From IMG/VR virus record IMGVR_UViG_3300042808_000057, positions 1 to 56,744 of that record: a stretch of 56,744 nucleotides of DNA; one strand, written 5' to 3'. The position numbers and the translations under genes are program-made. Positions within the stretch are counted from its first letter, which is position 1. Every line of letters begins with the position of its first letter. Of the stretch, positions 56,496-56,744 are shown piece after piece. The notes below the pieces were generated by a model. It made no database searches, had not been told where the DNA came from, and saw only the letters and a program-made list of their open reading frames with translations. This DNA comes from a virus (lineage: Duplodnaviria; Caudoviricetes).

Positions 56496-56744
56496 ATGAC
56501 GATAATTACGGGCAAGAAGGCTGGCTTTTGGGCACCTCACCAAGAAGCAGTATCCGTCATAGGCGGCACTAAAGAAGCCATGACGCAGGTAGGCAGCACT
56601 CTGGAATACTACATCACAGATCGCACTCATGCCATGTGGGACCCGGCAAAGGCCGTCCTCATCTATGACGGGGACACCGCAATAACTCCCTCTCGGATAG
56701 ACTACGCGGGCGGGTATGTCACGTTGCAGGCGGCTCCTGCCGGT
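56496..56744 (+). CDS. 5' part of the long tail-tube paralog (continues at 17-1195)
   Basis: GGAGGTGA RBS; ATG 56496 MTIITGKKAG is in frame with the MWDP at position 17. Confidence 0.8.
   Translation, partial: MTIITGKKAGFWAPHQEAVSVIGGTKEAMTQVGSTLEYYITDRTHAMWDPAKAVLIYDGDTAITPSRIDYAGGYVTLQAAPAG
56618..56744. repeat. Terminal direct repeat, copy 2
   Basis: Identical to 1-127. Confidence 0.95.

Overview
This window is an apparently complete circular genome of a tailed dsDNA virus (Caudoviricetes, siphovirus-like), about 56,617 bp once the 127-bp assembly overlap at the ends is removed. The host is inferred to be an archaeon, most plausibly a methanogen of the Methanotrichales/Methanosarcinales. 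That inference rests on TATA-box promoters about 25 nt before leaderless start codons, AGGTGA/GGAGGT ribosome-binding sites, a GINS-like protein, a FilR1/DUF1724-like regulator, an archaeal-type UbiA prenyltransferase and a TFB-type zinc ribbon. Packaging and head genes lie at 37.3-47.0 kb, head-tail and tail genes at 53.3-56.7 kb continuing through 1-14.6 kb, and early or accessory genes at 14.6-36.2 kb and 47.2-53.2 kb. No integrase, DNA polymerase, primase, MCM helicase or endolysin was recognised. The most striking observations are: (1) three virion-accessory proteins (capsid decoration, head fibre, beta-helix spike) carry Sec-type signal peptides and many N-glycosylation sequons, suggesting export and glycosylation of virion parts; (2) two paralogous coiled-coil/wHTH genes are each followed by an origin-like element with its own 13-bp inverted repeat; (3) an uncalled, CTG-initiated GINS A-domain-like gene; (4) a cluster of tRNA-like mini-structures; (5) a UbiA cassette bounded by 15-bp direct repeats near a FilR1-like regulator; (6) a MuF protein with an HExxH peptidase extension. 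All family assignments come from motif recognition by eye, with no database searches.
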